The notes below the pieces were generated by a model, which saw only the letters and a list, made by a program, of their open reading frames with translations, was not told the DNA's origin and ran no database searches. The position numbers and the translations under genes are program-made. Below are positions 1 to 13,883 of a stretch of 64,000 nt of DNA, in pieces. The stretch is from the human T2T-CHM13v2.0 reference genome, Homo sapiens, in the NCBI RefSeq assembly GCF_009914755.1, contig NC_060931.1, one strand, 5' to 3'. The first letter of the stretch is position 1. Each line of letters begins with the position of its first letter.

Positions 1-1160
1 AGCCTTTCGGGGATCTTGGTTGTCTCTACAGTGATATATTTTCCAAAGCTTTAGTGAATGGTTATCCCCTGTGCCCACCTGGGAGACAGAGGGAATAGCC
101 GAGCATTGTACATCCTAATAAGTTCACTTCATTCTCATTTCCTTAAGCTTTTGCACACCTTTTTCTTCAAGACACCAAGGATATTCTGGAGTTTCATCTT
201 CACTTAATTCATAAAATGTGAGGGTCCAGATTTCAGTCATACAACCAAGCAAATTGTTAGAGCCACCCTCAGCTGCTTGAGTTAACGTAGTGAAATCAGA
301 ATCTCTGGCCGGCACACCCACATCAATAAATTCAGTCTAATCCAACATAATATTCTTTCTACCCTGATCTAACACTTTAGGGTTTATTTCCACATATATT
401 CCCCAAATTTCTGTCAATATAAATTGGCAAAATGTTACAATTTTTGGTGTTTATGGTACTTCTCTTAGATCGTGTTTTTAACCTACCTCCTTGGAATCTG
501 TATTTGAGTGCTATTATAGGTCTAGAAATTATAAGAGGTAGGAAAGAAGAGTTGAGAAGGCTCAGTACTTTCTTGTAAAATTTTAGGAGAATTTATTACA
601 TATTCTTCAAGAAAGGTTAACTTCCTCAGACAAGGGGAGAAGCATGTTTCTACTGGGAAGGGAGGCTCAGAGGAATTTGAAATAGGCTCAGATGTCTACA
701 TCTCACTCTTCAAGTCCCCCTCTTTCTCCTAAATAATGCCCCAACTTTAAAATGCAATTCCTTGTGAGACTGTGGATCCAATTTGTGTTGTAATTCAGCC
801 ACCTGTGTAATCTATACCCTGTGGTACACAAGATAAATGTTTCTTTCAAGGCAGTGATGAAAGCTTTCTAGTTCTCTACCTAAGCTCTGATCTGCGAAAT
901 CTTATACTCTTTATTCCCACTATAACTCTCTATTGCAGTAAGTACCTCATCACCCTAATCTTCTATCAACATTGGACTCCAGGTGACCACAAGTGATCAT
1001 TTAAGTATCCATTTGGCCACTGCATGTCATAGACTACCAGACCCCAATTTATCACTGACGATGGGGTCATTAATGTTTTTATGTCTACTCAGATCAGAGA
1101 ACCAATTCTAGATTTCCATGAAATTCTGTTGGCCAGTGAAGTAGAGCCAGTGTTAGTATT
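1..1160 (-). mobile_element. ERVL-class endogenous retrovirus internal (gag) remnant
   Basis: Minus ORF 124-321 (MGVPARDSDF..GSNNLLGCMTEIW..ETPEYPW..GVQKLKEM) resembles ERVL gag (GPLSRDSAF..GSNSLFAWLAEIW..EMPDLPW..GIQRLREI); degraded. Confidence 0.7.
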
Positions 1161-1661
1161 ACTGGAATAATAATTTCAAAAACAGAAATTATGGCTTATA
1201 AGAAGGCAAGAGGTGGTAGAAAAATGAAGGTCTGGGAAAAAAATTTAGATGAGAGAAACAGTTACTAATCACTGTAGCCTGGAATACTGGCATTGGCAGA
1301 AAAGCCAGAGATGATGGGGAAGTCCAAGAAGCCGCATGCATCCACCAACAGACAACTGCAAGGTGGGCACTTACGGAGAGGCCTAAATTCCACAACCACT
1401 GGGACGCTAGAGCTCTGGAAAATGTTTGTAACACACTCCACAGCTGTGATATGTGAACTCTGAGGAATCTTCAATGTCTGCGGAAGCCAAAGTAACTGAT
1501 CAAGCTGCAACATCTAATCATCTCACAACTGTCTCATAATAACTTCCACTTTATCTCCTCATCCAAATCTTTTCTAAATTACTCTCATTGTTAAATTTTA
1601 ACTCAGAATTTAGAAGGGATTGATGATAGTGGTGCCAAGCTGACAAGAACCAATCTAGCAC
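1160..1661 (-). mobile_element. Old ERVL-type LTR (5' LTR of the adjacent internal remnant)
   Basis: Minus strand begins tgtgctagattggttcttgtcagcttggc, similar to ERVL LTR starts; lies upstream of gag remnant. Confidence 0.45.
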
Positions 1662-2132
1662 AGCAAGGAAATTCTCCTGTCTCAACAATGGGACTGGGAG
1701 GAGGGAAAACTCACTTTTTGAGAATTTATAACATCAAGCCAAGCCTCGCAGGGATCTTTGTTTGAATATATGCTGCTCATGTTGGTTAAAAATTTTCTAG
1801 TTGGAAATTCAATTTAATGTAGTCCTGTGGTGGTCATATTCACAGAAATAGAATTCTCTTGAAACTCAAGGTATCATTCTTCATAGCTAGCCTTCTCTAC
1901 TGGCCAAATGAATGAGATAAATGGAGATATTAGGGACATCAGTATCCCTCTCTCTTCCAAGTCTTTATGGCAAGTGACTATTTCCGCAATTCTTTTAGAA
2001 ATGTGATACTGCTTTTGGTTTTCCATTTTTATAGGAAGCAGGAACTCTAATGATTTCTACTTGGCCCTTAATATCTACCTAGTTCCATAGATCAGGGTGC
2101 CAGTCTGCTTGTTGCTGAAAATGTGTATAACT

Positions 2133-2697
2133 CAGAAGTTTCCAAACTTTCTTGGTGTACAGTGTTCATAATATCATAGTAATTTTTATGTAGTGCCCTT
2201 AGACCAAAAGAAATACATAGTAGTTCTGTTGATTAAGTAGTTAAGTTTAAACAACTTAATAAGTATTTATGAACTAACAAGTTACTACCTGTTTGAAAAA
2301 AAATACATTTTATTGAAAGAAAAAATCTTTTAATTTTCTCCTTGAAGAAACAAAATCATTTACTAATGGGATGTGTTCATCTTACAGAGTATTATACAAC
2401 TTCTCAAACCTTGGTATCAGATTAGAAAATGCCACTTTCATTTCCTACTCTCATTCCTAAAATATTAATTTCCCACACAGTGCTTGTTTTTTATCAAACT
2501 GCCAAAAATCTTGTTTTGCAAAACTACAACATTTAAAAAAAATAGCACAAATTAATGTAACTCTGAACTACCTTTAGCTAGTAGTTCTCAAGGTTTCTAA
2601 CAGATAACAAGTTTCACTGTGTTCCTTTCACCAAATTTAAAATGTCCCTCTATGTCCTTGTGGCTCAGGGTGCCTCAGCACAAAGTTAGGAACTCTG
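2133..2697. mobile_element. MER119 (hAT-Charlie non-autonomous DNA transposon)
   Basis: TIR-like ends cagaagtttccaaact / agttaggaactctg; body gcccttagaccaaaagaaatac..caacttctcaaaccttgg matches MER119. Confidence 0.75.
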
Positions 2698-2851
2698 GAT
2701 ATAGCTAGTATATAGAATAGGATAGTTCTAGGAGTGTAAACACAAATAAATCTTATTCTTGCCCACTGATTCTTTAAAATATACTTACTTGGAGAAATTT
2801 TTCTCCTGTTGCTGGAGTGTTTACTGTGATTCAGACAGTGTCATAAGCAGG

Positions 2852-3209
2852 CGTAGTAGTCCATTTTCATGCTGCTGATAAACACATACTCGATACTGGG
2901 TAATTTATAAAGAAAAAAAGATTTAATGGACTCACAGTTCCACGTGACTGGGGAGGCTTCACAATCATGGTGGAAGGTGAAAGGCAGGTCTTACGTGGCA
3001 GCAGACAAGAGAGAAAATAAGAGACAAGCGAAAGGAGAAACCCCTTATAAAATCATCAGATCTCGTGAGACTTATTCACTACAAGAACAGTAGGGGGAAC
3101 CGCCCCCATGATTCAATTTTCTTCCACTGGGTCCTTCCCACAACACGTGGGAATTATGGGAGCTATAATTCAAAATGAGATTTGGGTGGGGACACACCAA
3201 ACCAGATCA
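2852..3209 (-). mobile_element. THE1B/C MaLR solo LTR
   Basis: Typical THE1 body (gctgctgataaa..ctcacagttccacgtg..gagatttgggtggggacac); near-TSD gcagg/gcacg. Confidence 0.9.
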
Positions 3210-3224
3210 GCACGTTACATATAT

Positions 3225-3415
3225 TAATGGATTCAGTCATGATAACTCAAGGTAGTAGCTACTATTATTATTCCCAATTCATATACAATGAAACTGAGCC
3301 AAAGAGAGATTAAGTCTCTGGCCCCAAATCAATACAGCTAGTAAGTGGTAAATCTGAGACTCAAACCCAGGAAAATGTTTGTCTCCAAAGTCCAACACCT
3401 TTAATCACTACATCA
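3225..3415 (-). mobile_element. MIR SINE
   Basis: Core atgaaactgagcc..acagctagtaagtgg..ctcaaacccagg. Confidence 0.75.
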
Positions 3416-3479
3416 TGTTTCCCCTTTAATGCAAAGGTAATACTTCTATCCCAATTGAGCAGAGACACCAACAAAAATA

Positions 3480-3800
3480 CCAACACTGTACACTTGGGTA
3501 TTACCACTGAAACCTCTGCTACCACTACCCCAGAAATTGCAGAGGCAAAATAATCTGCTGTCATGCACACCAGAATGGATCAGATTTGGCGCTGCACCTG
3601 TTTCTCTCATCACTAGTTTCCAATGACAGAGCCTAAGTCAAATGGTTAAATTTCTGCACTCTAATGAAATGGAAGATGAGAAAGAGATTTATATTTCTAT
3701 AATGGGAGGTACAAGCTCAATGGAATTGTAATTCACCAAATATAAGAAGGGTGCTCAAAATATTGAATGTCCAGAAAGAATGGCAAATGCCTCTTATAAC
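3480..3800. mobile_element. Ancient MLT1-like MaLR LTR remnant
   Basis: Degenerate similarity (ttctataatgggagg..aatataagaagggtgctcaaa). Confidence 0.35.
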
Positions 3801-6800
3801 ATGTAACATTATGTCTTCCATATATGTAGTGATAGACATGAAATATTAGCCATAACAATTGTTGCCAATAATTATATTAAGCAGTGAATGTGTTTTTAAT
3901 ATAATTTCTAGATCATACGGTGGTAAATCAATACCATGCACATTTATTTATGCCCCTGACTTCACAAAATAAACCTTCTATCTATTATTTTTACTCACAG
4001 ATAGGAATATGTGATGTGTTGTTTCTTTCATTGACATTCACTAAGCCTACACTGTTACAGACAAGAAAAAGATAAAAATATATCAACCCACATGCTTTTG
4101 AAAAAGAAAAAAAAAGGTTCTCTCTCCTCCCCACAGTGATTTCCTCTCCTCCACACTTTTCAAAATGTTGGTCTAAATATAGATTGAAATTACTTCCCGG
4201 TGCATAACTTATTACATTCCAAGATATTATCAACATATTCATATTCTCTTCAAATCCATATTAATAGAAACTGGTCCAAAATGAGTTATTAGCCATAGGA
4301 GATAATTTTAAGTTTTAGCATATCCTTGTAATTGGTGACACAAGTAACTGTGCCCAGTCAGATATAACAGAATTAAAAATTGGGAGTGTGTTTTTGCATA
4401 AATATATGCATACTACCTAGAGAAAGAGAAAAACCAAAAACAGGAAAATAGCAAATTTCATATTTTATTGTAAGACTTCAAGAAGCCCAATACTCAATCA
4501 CACCAAAAGTTCAAACAACTTGGTATTCTGTCTCAACAGGAGCAATAGTAGTTCCTTTTATGATAGGAACAACTTGCCAGACCCACTTGAATTTTACAGA
4601 TCTTATGTTTTTAAAGCAGGTAGAATATTATCTATAAGAAAATGTTTCACATCTGTTCAAATACCATTAATTAATTTAAAAAATCAAAAGACTATCAAGA
4701 CATTTTAAAAATGACTCCAAAAATTATTGAGAGCACCATATAACTTGAAAACAACACTTAGATCCCCTTAAAATGTCTCAAGCATATTTATGGTTGCCTG
4801 CTTCCTGTGGGATGGATGAGGGAGAAGACTAAATAATTTCTAGAGATTATATAAAAAGGCAAAGGTACATTCATTTGCTCTTCTTCCAGGAGAATCAGGT
4901 CTAGACCTAGCTACTCAACATTTATTCACACATGTTCACTTAACATTTAGTTCTTTAGTGAAGAAATAATAACCTCAACAGAACTCCTGTTCCCAAATGT
5001 TTTCACATCCTGTTTCTCACCACTCTCTTCCATCTCCTGCCTTCTCTTCTCCTCTCCAACTCCCACATGATTCCCTTGATCTCCCCAGGTCTTCCCTCCA
5101 CAGTACCATCCTAAATTCTGACTCATTTGCTCCCTTGCCAATTCCTCCAGCAACACCTTTCCTTTCCCCATCCCCACTGTCAAACTTTTCTGTCTTTAGA
5201 ACCACTCCCTTAGTGGCTTATTCTCTGCTGTTCCAGAAAGCTAAGTAACTAATACATTAATGAAGGATAACTTGTTAGTGGCAAATAACGCTCTAGTAAA
5301 TTACTCCGGTAGGAAAGTTGCATCCTAAAAGAGAATTCTTGAACCTCCATATGACCTTCCCTGGTTACCCTGGGTGACCTGTCTTCGTTTGTTATCTCTA
5401 TTAGAGCACTTTAAAATAACATTTTTCTATCTTACATTATAAAATTTTTAAGCATGTCAATCTTTACTCTTAGATTATATGAGAGGGCAGCCACAACTGA
5501 TCTTGTGTCCCTGAAACACAAAGCAGTGACTCCATTCAATTGTGTCAATAAAGCTCGCTTGAGAAAGCTAAGGCTGGGGCGGAAGTCAGTTTTTCAGAGC
5601 TCTCAAGCCATACTACATAGGATGCCTCCTATTCTAGCTTTGCATAAAATCCACTCTGGAATTAGGCAGTAGGTTGGTTTGAGAGTTGGCCTCCCTTGCC
5701 CCTTTCTTTCCTCCACAATCAGTATTCACAAATACAGATGTGAAGCTTCTCTTCTCCACCCAGTAAGTAACATATTCAATGTTCTATGATACAAAGGAAG
5801 ACAGTGAGGGAGAGAGAAAGCAATAAGGTCCTAAAAGCAATAGAAGATAATAGGGAAAAGAAGAGAAGAAAGTGAAGACAGAATATACCTTACAACTTTT
5901 CTACTTCTAGGGAGTAGACATAAAGTGACATAAAGTGAAAACATTGAAAATGACATAAAGTGAAAAAATAAATGCTATAAAAATTACCAAATCATTCCTC
6001 ACTACTTTAACGTTGTTTGGCAAGATGATGTCCAAGAGGCTATTGAGTCATGGTTTTTCTGGGTATGAAAAATGATGTGGTAAGAAATTGTTCCCAAAGA
6101 GCCAGTCACTTAACTCAGGAAAATAAAATTCACAAGATGCTAACAGCATGAGATATCATATCATGTTAATATGCAGAAGAGAGTGCTGAAACAATATGGT
6201 GTGCTGATTAAATTTTAGAAAATCCCATTGTTAAGAGATTTTTTTTCCATTCAGACAAGTGTTTTGGAGGCAAATATTCACATTCTAAAATTAAAGCTAT
6301 CAGATCAAATGACAAGATAAAGGCTATGTATTGGTAGTTAACTGATTAAACAAGAAGTGGGAGATTGAGGAAGAGGAAGAGAGAAGAAGAAAAGGGGAGA
6401 GGAGGAGATGGAAGAGGAGAAGGAAAGAAAGATCCTAGAGTATCTTGAAGTAATTAAAATATTTTCAGCGGCAGTAATTCTTGATTTAGGTGTGTCTGAC
6501 ATATTAATAATTGTTTTGAACTGATTTAGTTCTTTCTAGCAAATAGTACAAACTTTTATAATATAATCTACATCTGGGGTGAAGGCAAACCTCCTGCTCT
6601 GAAAATGCTGAAAATGTGATCAGTTTTCATACATGGCTATGAGGTACAAGAAACATTGAGAAGATTTCTGGAATGTCCATAAAGATCAAGCATTCCAGAA
6701 AACTTGGAAACAGCAGATGAAAAAGAAGAAAAGATGTTAGGAAAGTTCTGTGGTTAGAAGGCAATGAATACAACTTGATGTTCTAAATAAACTATCTAGT

Positions 6801-6835
6801 CAGATCAAAGTAGAAGAGAGAGAATTAACAGGAAA

Positions 6836-6975
6836 TTCATTCGTTCATCCTTTCATTCATCAATAGATAAACATCGGTGTGTTTATCTATTCACTAATTC
6901 AACATGTATTTGTCAAAAGCCCTCTGCATACAAAGTCCTGGAAGTACAGTGTTGAATAAAGCAAACACAGCCACA
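6836..6975 (-). mobile_element. L2 3' end fragment
   Basis: (ttca)n tail complement, caacatgtatttg..acagtgttgaataaagca. Confidence 0.55.
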
Positions 6976-8744
6976 GAATGCACATTTTTCATAGAATACT
7001 AGGGTTCTGCTTTTGCTCCAAGAGAGATTATGGAAAAATCATATATTTTCATCTTGTCATTAAATGACAAAGTGTAGCAGACACTTATTGAACCCCTCAG
7101 GGATGTTAATTGGACTTCATGTCACTAGGAATGCAATAAATTGATGTTGTAGCAGAGTGTACTGCCATTAATTATAACTGGCCTTTCTCATAAATATTTC
7201 AGAAACCATTTGTTATCTGAAAAAAAATACGGAAAGGGAATTTTAGAAAACATTTTTAAGTGAAAGATATATAAAGGGGATTTATTTCCTGTTCAGTCTC
7301 AAGATCATTCACATGAATTTTGATGGTGACAAAGAATTATCAACCCTTATTTTCTGTCTCTAAGGATTCCACATTTTAAATGTTGAGTTTCAGAATAAAT
7401 GGAAAACTGAGAAAATATTTTAAAAAGAATAAATAAACAAAATACAAGAATATGCTTTATAAACCTTCAGGTTGTCATGGCACCCATCACATACTGCTTT
7501 CCAGACACACTGCCTCTTGAAGTGATTTTAAATCTCATCTACCTCTTTTAATTTTATTTTGAGTTTATTGTCATAAATTTTAATAGGCTTAGCCCTCAGA
7601 CCATGTCTACTAAGCAAAGCTTAAAATCTAAGGCCAGAAAGTGCTCACTGATGCTTCTTTAATCTGAAATTCTAACAGTGAAAAACAAATGTGGTATTTC
7701 TATAAACACTCTTACCTCCTATTTCTAGTTGGTTTCCAGCTATCTATCCAACGATACTTTTCATAGTCTCAACATGGTGCTTTGTCATCCTTCACATAGG
7801 TGCCCCTATTCCCACCTCTCCTTTTCCTGTGCTTCTCCTATCATATGGAGTGACTTATCCTTCACTCTCTACACATCCAGTTTCTTTCTTTGAGGTCTCA
7901 CTTAAATACTGCTGTCCATGGACCCAATGTCGGGGGCCTAATCAGTGTAACAGTGATTTCTCTATCATCTATGAACACCTGCAGCATTTGTGTCTGTGCT
8001 TTGATGCTTGGCCAAATATTGGCAGCATCTGCTCTTCAAAGAGGGTGAACTCTTCCAGTAAATTAATGAAATGTTATAGTACAGAAACACCTGACCCAAC
8101 ACTTAACCCTACATTTTAGAAGGGAAATAAAGATCTTCATACTTTCAGTAAATGCCTGACTTTTCTCCAAACTCCCCTTTTTAAAATTATGACTTTAGAA
8201 CCCAACAGGAAATGCTAAATCTAAGAGGTAAAGGGTCTTCCGTCCTTTTTCCAAGTAATTTGTTTTTTGTTCTAAGTATGATTTAATTTAATCATTGGAT
8301 TGTTCAAACTGAACTTTCCCTAGGAAATTATGAAATAAGCAAAGTTTGCCTATAATGCACCCCATCTTTCCTTTTTAACCTAGACTCTAAGTCACTCTTT
8401 CTTCCCAGTGATCTCAAAGTAGAACATATACCCACTATCAAGATCTGGTAAACTAATCCACTCCATTAAATGTAGTCTTGAGCCAAGGACCAGGGGAAAT
8501 TTTCTTCTCTTTGCCAGGCCCCAAATTAATTTGCATTTTTTTCTGGAAAACAGTGAGTAAAAGCTCAGATCTCCATCAAAGGGACATTAGGCAGAAGGAG
8601 TTTTCAGTAAAATCACTGCAGTTGCTACTAAAGATAGCACTAAGGAGTGATAATAGCTAAGATTACTTGAATACTTGTTTGTGCTAACTGACTTCATCCT
8701 CTCAACCCTTTAATGCAGATTCTACTTTTAATTCCTATGCACTC

Positions 8745-9352
8745 TTGTCCCACATAGGCCCAGTCGTTGACAACATAGCAGCCAGTGTAACTGTTTAAAA
8801 CCCTAAATCAGATTAAGTCACTGCTCTGTACCCAGCCTCTCTGAGACTAAAAGCCAAAGTCTTTCACACAACCTATCAGATGGTCCAGGATCTGACTCTC
8901 TGTTCCCCACCATGACCTCACCTGCTACTGCATTTCCTTTTCCCGCTTCACTCCAACCTCCCAAGCCTCCCTATTGTTGTCCTTCAAACACAGCAGGCAT
9001 GCCCCTCTGCCCCCAGAATCTCTGTGCTAGCTGCTTCCTCTGCCTCAGTGACATCTTCCCAAAGAGACCATCATTTTGAAAATTAGAACACTCATCCCCA
9101 CCTCCATGGTATTCCCTGTTCTCTCTACTTTGCTCTATGTTCTCCCTAGCAATTATCATCATCTTGAGTACTATATTACCTGTTTGTTGATGAACCTATT
9201 TATTATATTTTGGTTATTGTTTCATTTTGTTTCCCACTCTAGAATGGGAGCTTCACAAGTACTGGGATTTGTCTGTTTGGCTCACTTGAATTTGTACTGT
9301 TAGCACAGTGTCTAGCACATAGTAGCCATTCAGCAAATATTCATTGAATGAC
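8745..9352 (+). mobile_element. L2a 3' end, inserted in a MIR (MIR pieces about 8650-8730 and 9365-9455)
   Basis: acatagcagccag..aaagccaaagtc..tagcacagtgtctagcacatagtag..aaatattcattgaatga; MIR core gaaactgagacatggagaggttaagtaatttg follows. Confidence 0.75.
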
Positions 9353-9489
9353 TTTATTGAATAATTTGTGAGAGAAACTGAGACATGGAGAGGTTAAGTA
9401 ATTTGTCTAAGGACACACAGCTAATGAGGGGCTGAAGTGGGATTTAAATGATCTCTAAATAACAGCAGAGTGATTGCCTGTGGCTGAAT

Positions 9490-9942
9490 GCATCAGAAGC
9501 AGACTGTCTGCCAGGATTCACATACAAGAAGTTTGTTAGGGAAATGTTCCCAGGTGAGAGTGGGGGAAGCAAGCAGGGAAGGGGACGAAGTCAAGCAAGG
9601 GTGAGATCTCAGGCACAGTCCTGAAGAGTGTGGCTTCTACCTAATCCCACAGCGATCTCTGGAATATTAGCTATTCCTCTACTCAGAATAGTCCTAGTTG
9701 GACCTAAAGCAAGGGCCAGGCTTTCATGACCCCTTATTTGGCAGTCCTGGGTCTGGCGCTGTGGGATGGGCGAGGCATACATTCTCAGGCACTTACTTCC
9801 AGGCCTCTGTTTAACAGCAAATTTGCTCCAGCAGCCTGGCAGCAGTTAGGGGTTAAAAGCTGGGTGTTAGAAGGAAAAGCACACCATAGGGCAGGAGGGT
9901 GCAGGAGGGAGCAGGAGGAGAGAGGCACTAATGTACCTCTAC
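9490..9942. mobile_element. Old ERVL-type LTR remnant
   Basis: agaagcagact..ggattcacatacaagaagtttgttaggga..agcagggaagggg motif typical of ancient LTRs. Confidence 0.4.
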
Positions 9943-9964
9943 AGTGGTTCTTCAATGTCTCTCA

Positions 9965-10432
9965 TGATGCCTAAAGTCATGCCCCAACTCCATATTGTGG
10001 CCTAAGACTCCAAATAATCTAGCTCTTGCTGACCGTTCCAATCACATTGTGTATGACGATTCCCTTGTTCACTGTGAACTAGTGGCTCATTGGCCACAGG
10101 ACCCTTGCACCTGCTGTCTTCTCTGTCTAGAACACTACTCATCTAACTCTTTACATGTCAGTCTGCTCTTGACCTTTTGTGTACTAACCAAAATATCCTC
10201 AAAAAAGCCTTCCTTAAGCACTGAACCATCACACTTTTTTATTTCCTCAAAAGTATTTATCACAATCTGTAATTATTTTTGTTCCATGTGTTTATTCATT
10301 TATTTATTGCTTGTTTGTTTACTGTCTCCCCACTAAAATATAAGCCCCATCAAGGTAAGGACACTATCTGTCCACTTACAATATCCCTAGTACCTCTCAC
10401 ATTATAGGGGTTAAAAATATTTCTTGAGTGAA
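9965..10432 (+). mobile_element. L2 3' fragment
   Basis: caggacccttgcacctgctg..ctgtctccccactaaaatataagccccat..aaatatttcttgagtgaa. Confidence 0.65.
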
Positions 10433-12924
10433 AAGAAACGCTGGGAGAGAAATGACTAGCCATGTGAGGTCATAGCTGCATCTACCTACCCCAGAGCCGT
10501 TTGAGGAGAGCTTCCAAAAGTTAAATTTGTCCAAATCATAAATGAGGCTAGAAAGATGAAGGATATATGAGTGTGGTTAGAATCACCACATTTCACAGGG
10601 TAATTTGGGTATCAGATAAAAGCAGCCTCTCTTCACTCTCAGTGAAGACATCACTTTAAATATGCTAAATCTACAGGCTGAGACTGAGAGCTGATATTAG
10701 AAAGGACAATATAATTTTGCTAGGTTAGTTAAAATTACCCAAGGACTGAAGGCAGAGTCAGCCCACAGGAAGTATAGAAAAACCTGTGCTCCCCAGCATC
10801 CATTAACTTGCCCATTTCTTTTGTGAATTGGAAGACAGTGTACCAAATGGAATATAGAACTATCATTTTTATCTTTTCTTCTCTCAACCATAGAATAAAA
10901 GTAACCCTCCTCCAAAAAATAAAAAGAAATAGTAATTTTTTCTCTCCTTAAAAAATGGGCTGCCTTGACAAATTTTATAACAGATACAAACAGAAACACA
11001 GAACATGGATTTTATTTTAAGAATCCTTCGAAGTCAAAGCAAACTTTCAGTTTGTTGTCTTAACTATAAAAGCTTAAAAGATTTGTTAATGTGTTGTCTT
11101 ATTTGCTGCCAATGAAGGAGTCCCCAAGGTATGTTGTCTATGAACACTTCTAATTTTCCAATTTTAAATATTTCTTTAGAAGGAACACATATGATCTAAC
11201 AGCATAACTAAGAATTCTTGCTGAGACTTTAGTATTTCTTTACACTCCAATAATGGGATACATGAGTACATGTGGACTAGGCTTCCATCCTTCAATTTCT
11301 GCTGCTATTACTCATCATGGCAGGCCATGGCTTGTCCCTGTTACCTATATATAATCAGAGTGGCTACATATTTTCCTAATCATCTCAATCATAATAACAA
11401 CAATTTAAAAAAACCTCCTTTCTCTTCTTATACCTACTTAAATGTTCACTGTCTTTCTAAGCTCTGTATATAAACATGTAAAAAGTTAAACAATCCAATA
11501 TCCCTTTATACCAAGAAAATTTTGTAAGATAGGTACAAAGAGGGCTTTAAGGTATAATGAGAAAGGGGTATAATTAGAAAATATTTTCCTATCACATTTC
11601 TTTGTCAATAACAACTTTTAACATTTGTTTACCAAAGTAATAAATGTACATGCTGGTTACAGGCAACATTCCCCAGGCCATCCCTTTCTTTCACCAGGCT
11701 CATTTCCTAGCTATTTGTTCCAGTTTCATTGTCTCTATAGTGTATTTACAAATGTTTGTTTATTTATATTTTCTTAATATGCATATTTATTAACAGGCAT
11801 TAATATTTTATATTATGTGCAATACTAATATAAATATATATTATATGCATCGATATTTTATTAATATGAATATTTTATTATTAAGCATTTTTAATATACT
11901 TCATGAGCTCTTTGTTTTATCAATGCTTAATTCCTAATATTTTGTATTAACTTCCTGCTATGATTGATGAAGATTTACTGCACTCCACAATCATCTGCCT
12001 CCTCTTCCCTCACCTTGCCAATTCTATTAGCTTTTCTTCTTTCTTCACTGGCTACCTTTGCATACTACCTGGATTCCTCTTGTATCACCTATACATAGAG
12101 ATTTTTTTATTTGCCATTTAATAATATTGAGCTACTGGCCTTCCTATTCTCCTTGTCACCTCTTCCACCCCACCTTTGCCTCTTAACTTGTCATCCTTCT
12201 TAACTTCTCTCATCTTTACCCCTAATTCTGTAGTGCCAAGATTAATAACATGTATTCTGTTCTGTAACCATAATCAAGTCTCCTATGTTCTGTCAATACT
12301 TTGTTCTAGGAGTTAAAAACCACAAAAAAAGTGTATAGACTTATGACCCATATGCATATTTTCCAATGCAGAACAATCATTAAGATAACATTTTTTTTCT
12401 TTTCTTTTTTGGCTTTCCCCTAGAATTACATTGCCTTATTGTTTGTTCTCAATTTAAGAAAAATATCTTCGTTTATAATGTGAGATTTCTGATGCCCTTG
12501 AGAGCATTTATTCTTTTTCACAGAAAAGTGTATTCAGAGGTTTATTTTATTTTTAAAAGTAAGTATATAATTGATACACTATAGCTAATTGAAGTTAAAA
12601 TTCATAAACTTAATTTTTCCTTAGGCTTTTAAATTACAAATCTGAATTTCTATTTACAAGTCTAGCATATTTACACAATGACTTTTAACCTTACTTTTGA
12701 ATAATGTTTGTTCCATTTACAAATTTAGATAAACCTTTGAATATTTCAATTTTATTGTAAATGCAATATTATCAGTTATTTACTGCAAAATAAAATAGTT
12801 TCAACTACTAAGCCATTTTAATAAATCTAATAAATAAAGTTCATAAATATGGTGAATTTTGAGTTTTCTTAAATATTCCAATAGTGTACATAAACTTGTA
12901 AGATTTCATTTTGAAATCAGTCTA

Positions 12925-13243
<319 letters not shown>

Positions 13244-13251
13244 TCAGTCTA

Positions 13252-13412
13252 GGCTGGGCATGGTGGCATGCACCTGTAGTCCTAGCTATTCAGGAGGCTA
13301 AGGCAGGAAAGACACTTGAGCCCAAGAGTTCTAGATGGCAGTGAGCTATGATTGCACCACTGCACTCTAGCCCTGGGTGACAGAGTGAGATCTCTTCTCT
13401 TAAAAAAAAAAA
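13252..13412 (+). mobile_element. Alu monomer (FAM/FRAM-like)
   Basis: Single arm with A tail, TSD aaatcagtcta. Confidence 0.85.
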
Positions 13413-13696
13413 TCAGTCTAATTCAATTACTCTACTATAAATTTCAAATTAGTGTCCCACCATTGTCACTCTTACAAGCAGATAGAACTCTAAATGTGCG
13501 TGAATTCCTCAATGCAAAAAACAAAGTAATGCTCTGAGTCTTCATTCTTTTCTGATGCTTTCCCACAAAAGACAATTATATTTTCAGTTAAGACCTTACT
13601 TTACACAAGGAGAGTGGATGTTGTGTTCTCACCACAAAAATGGTAATGATGTGAGGGAATGCATTTGTTAATTAGCTAGTTTTCACCATTCTACCA

Positions 13697-13792
13697 TGTG
13701 TGTATGTGTATATACATATATATGTGTGTGTATATATACAATGTGTGTATGTGTATATACATATATATGTATGTGTGTAATATATATATCCA

Positions 13793-13831
<39 letters not shown>

Positions 13832-13883
13832 AGAGAGAGAGAGGGAAGGAGGGAGGGAGAGAGAGACAGAGAGAGAGAGAGAG
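13697..13883. repeat. Compound microsatellite (TG/TA)n(TATC)n(GA)n
   Basis: Directly visible. Confidence 0.95.

Noticed and set aside
5363-5379. Palindrome ggttaccctgggtgacc as an estrogen response element
   Set aside because: Spacer is 7 rather than 3 nt and one half-site is imperfect.
5917-5966. Three copies of gacataaagtga
   Set aside because: Short slippage duplication with no regular spacers; not an array.
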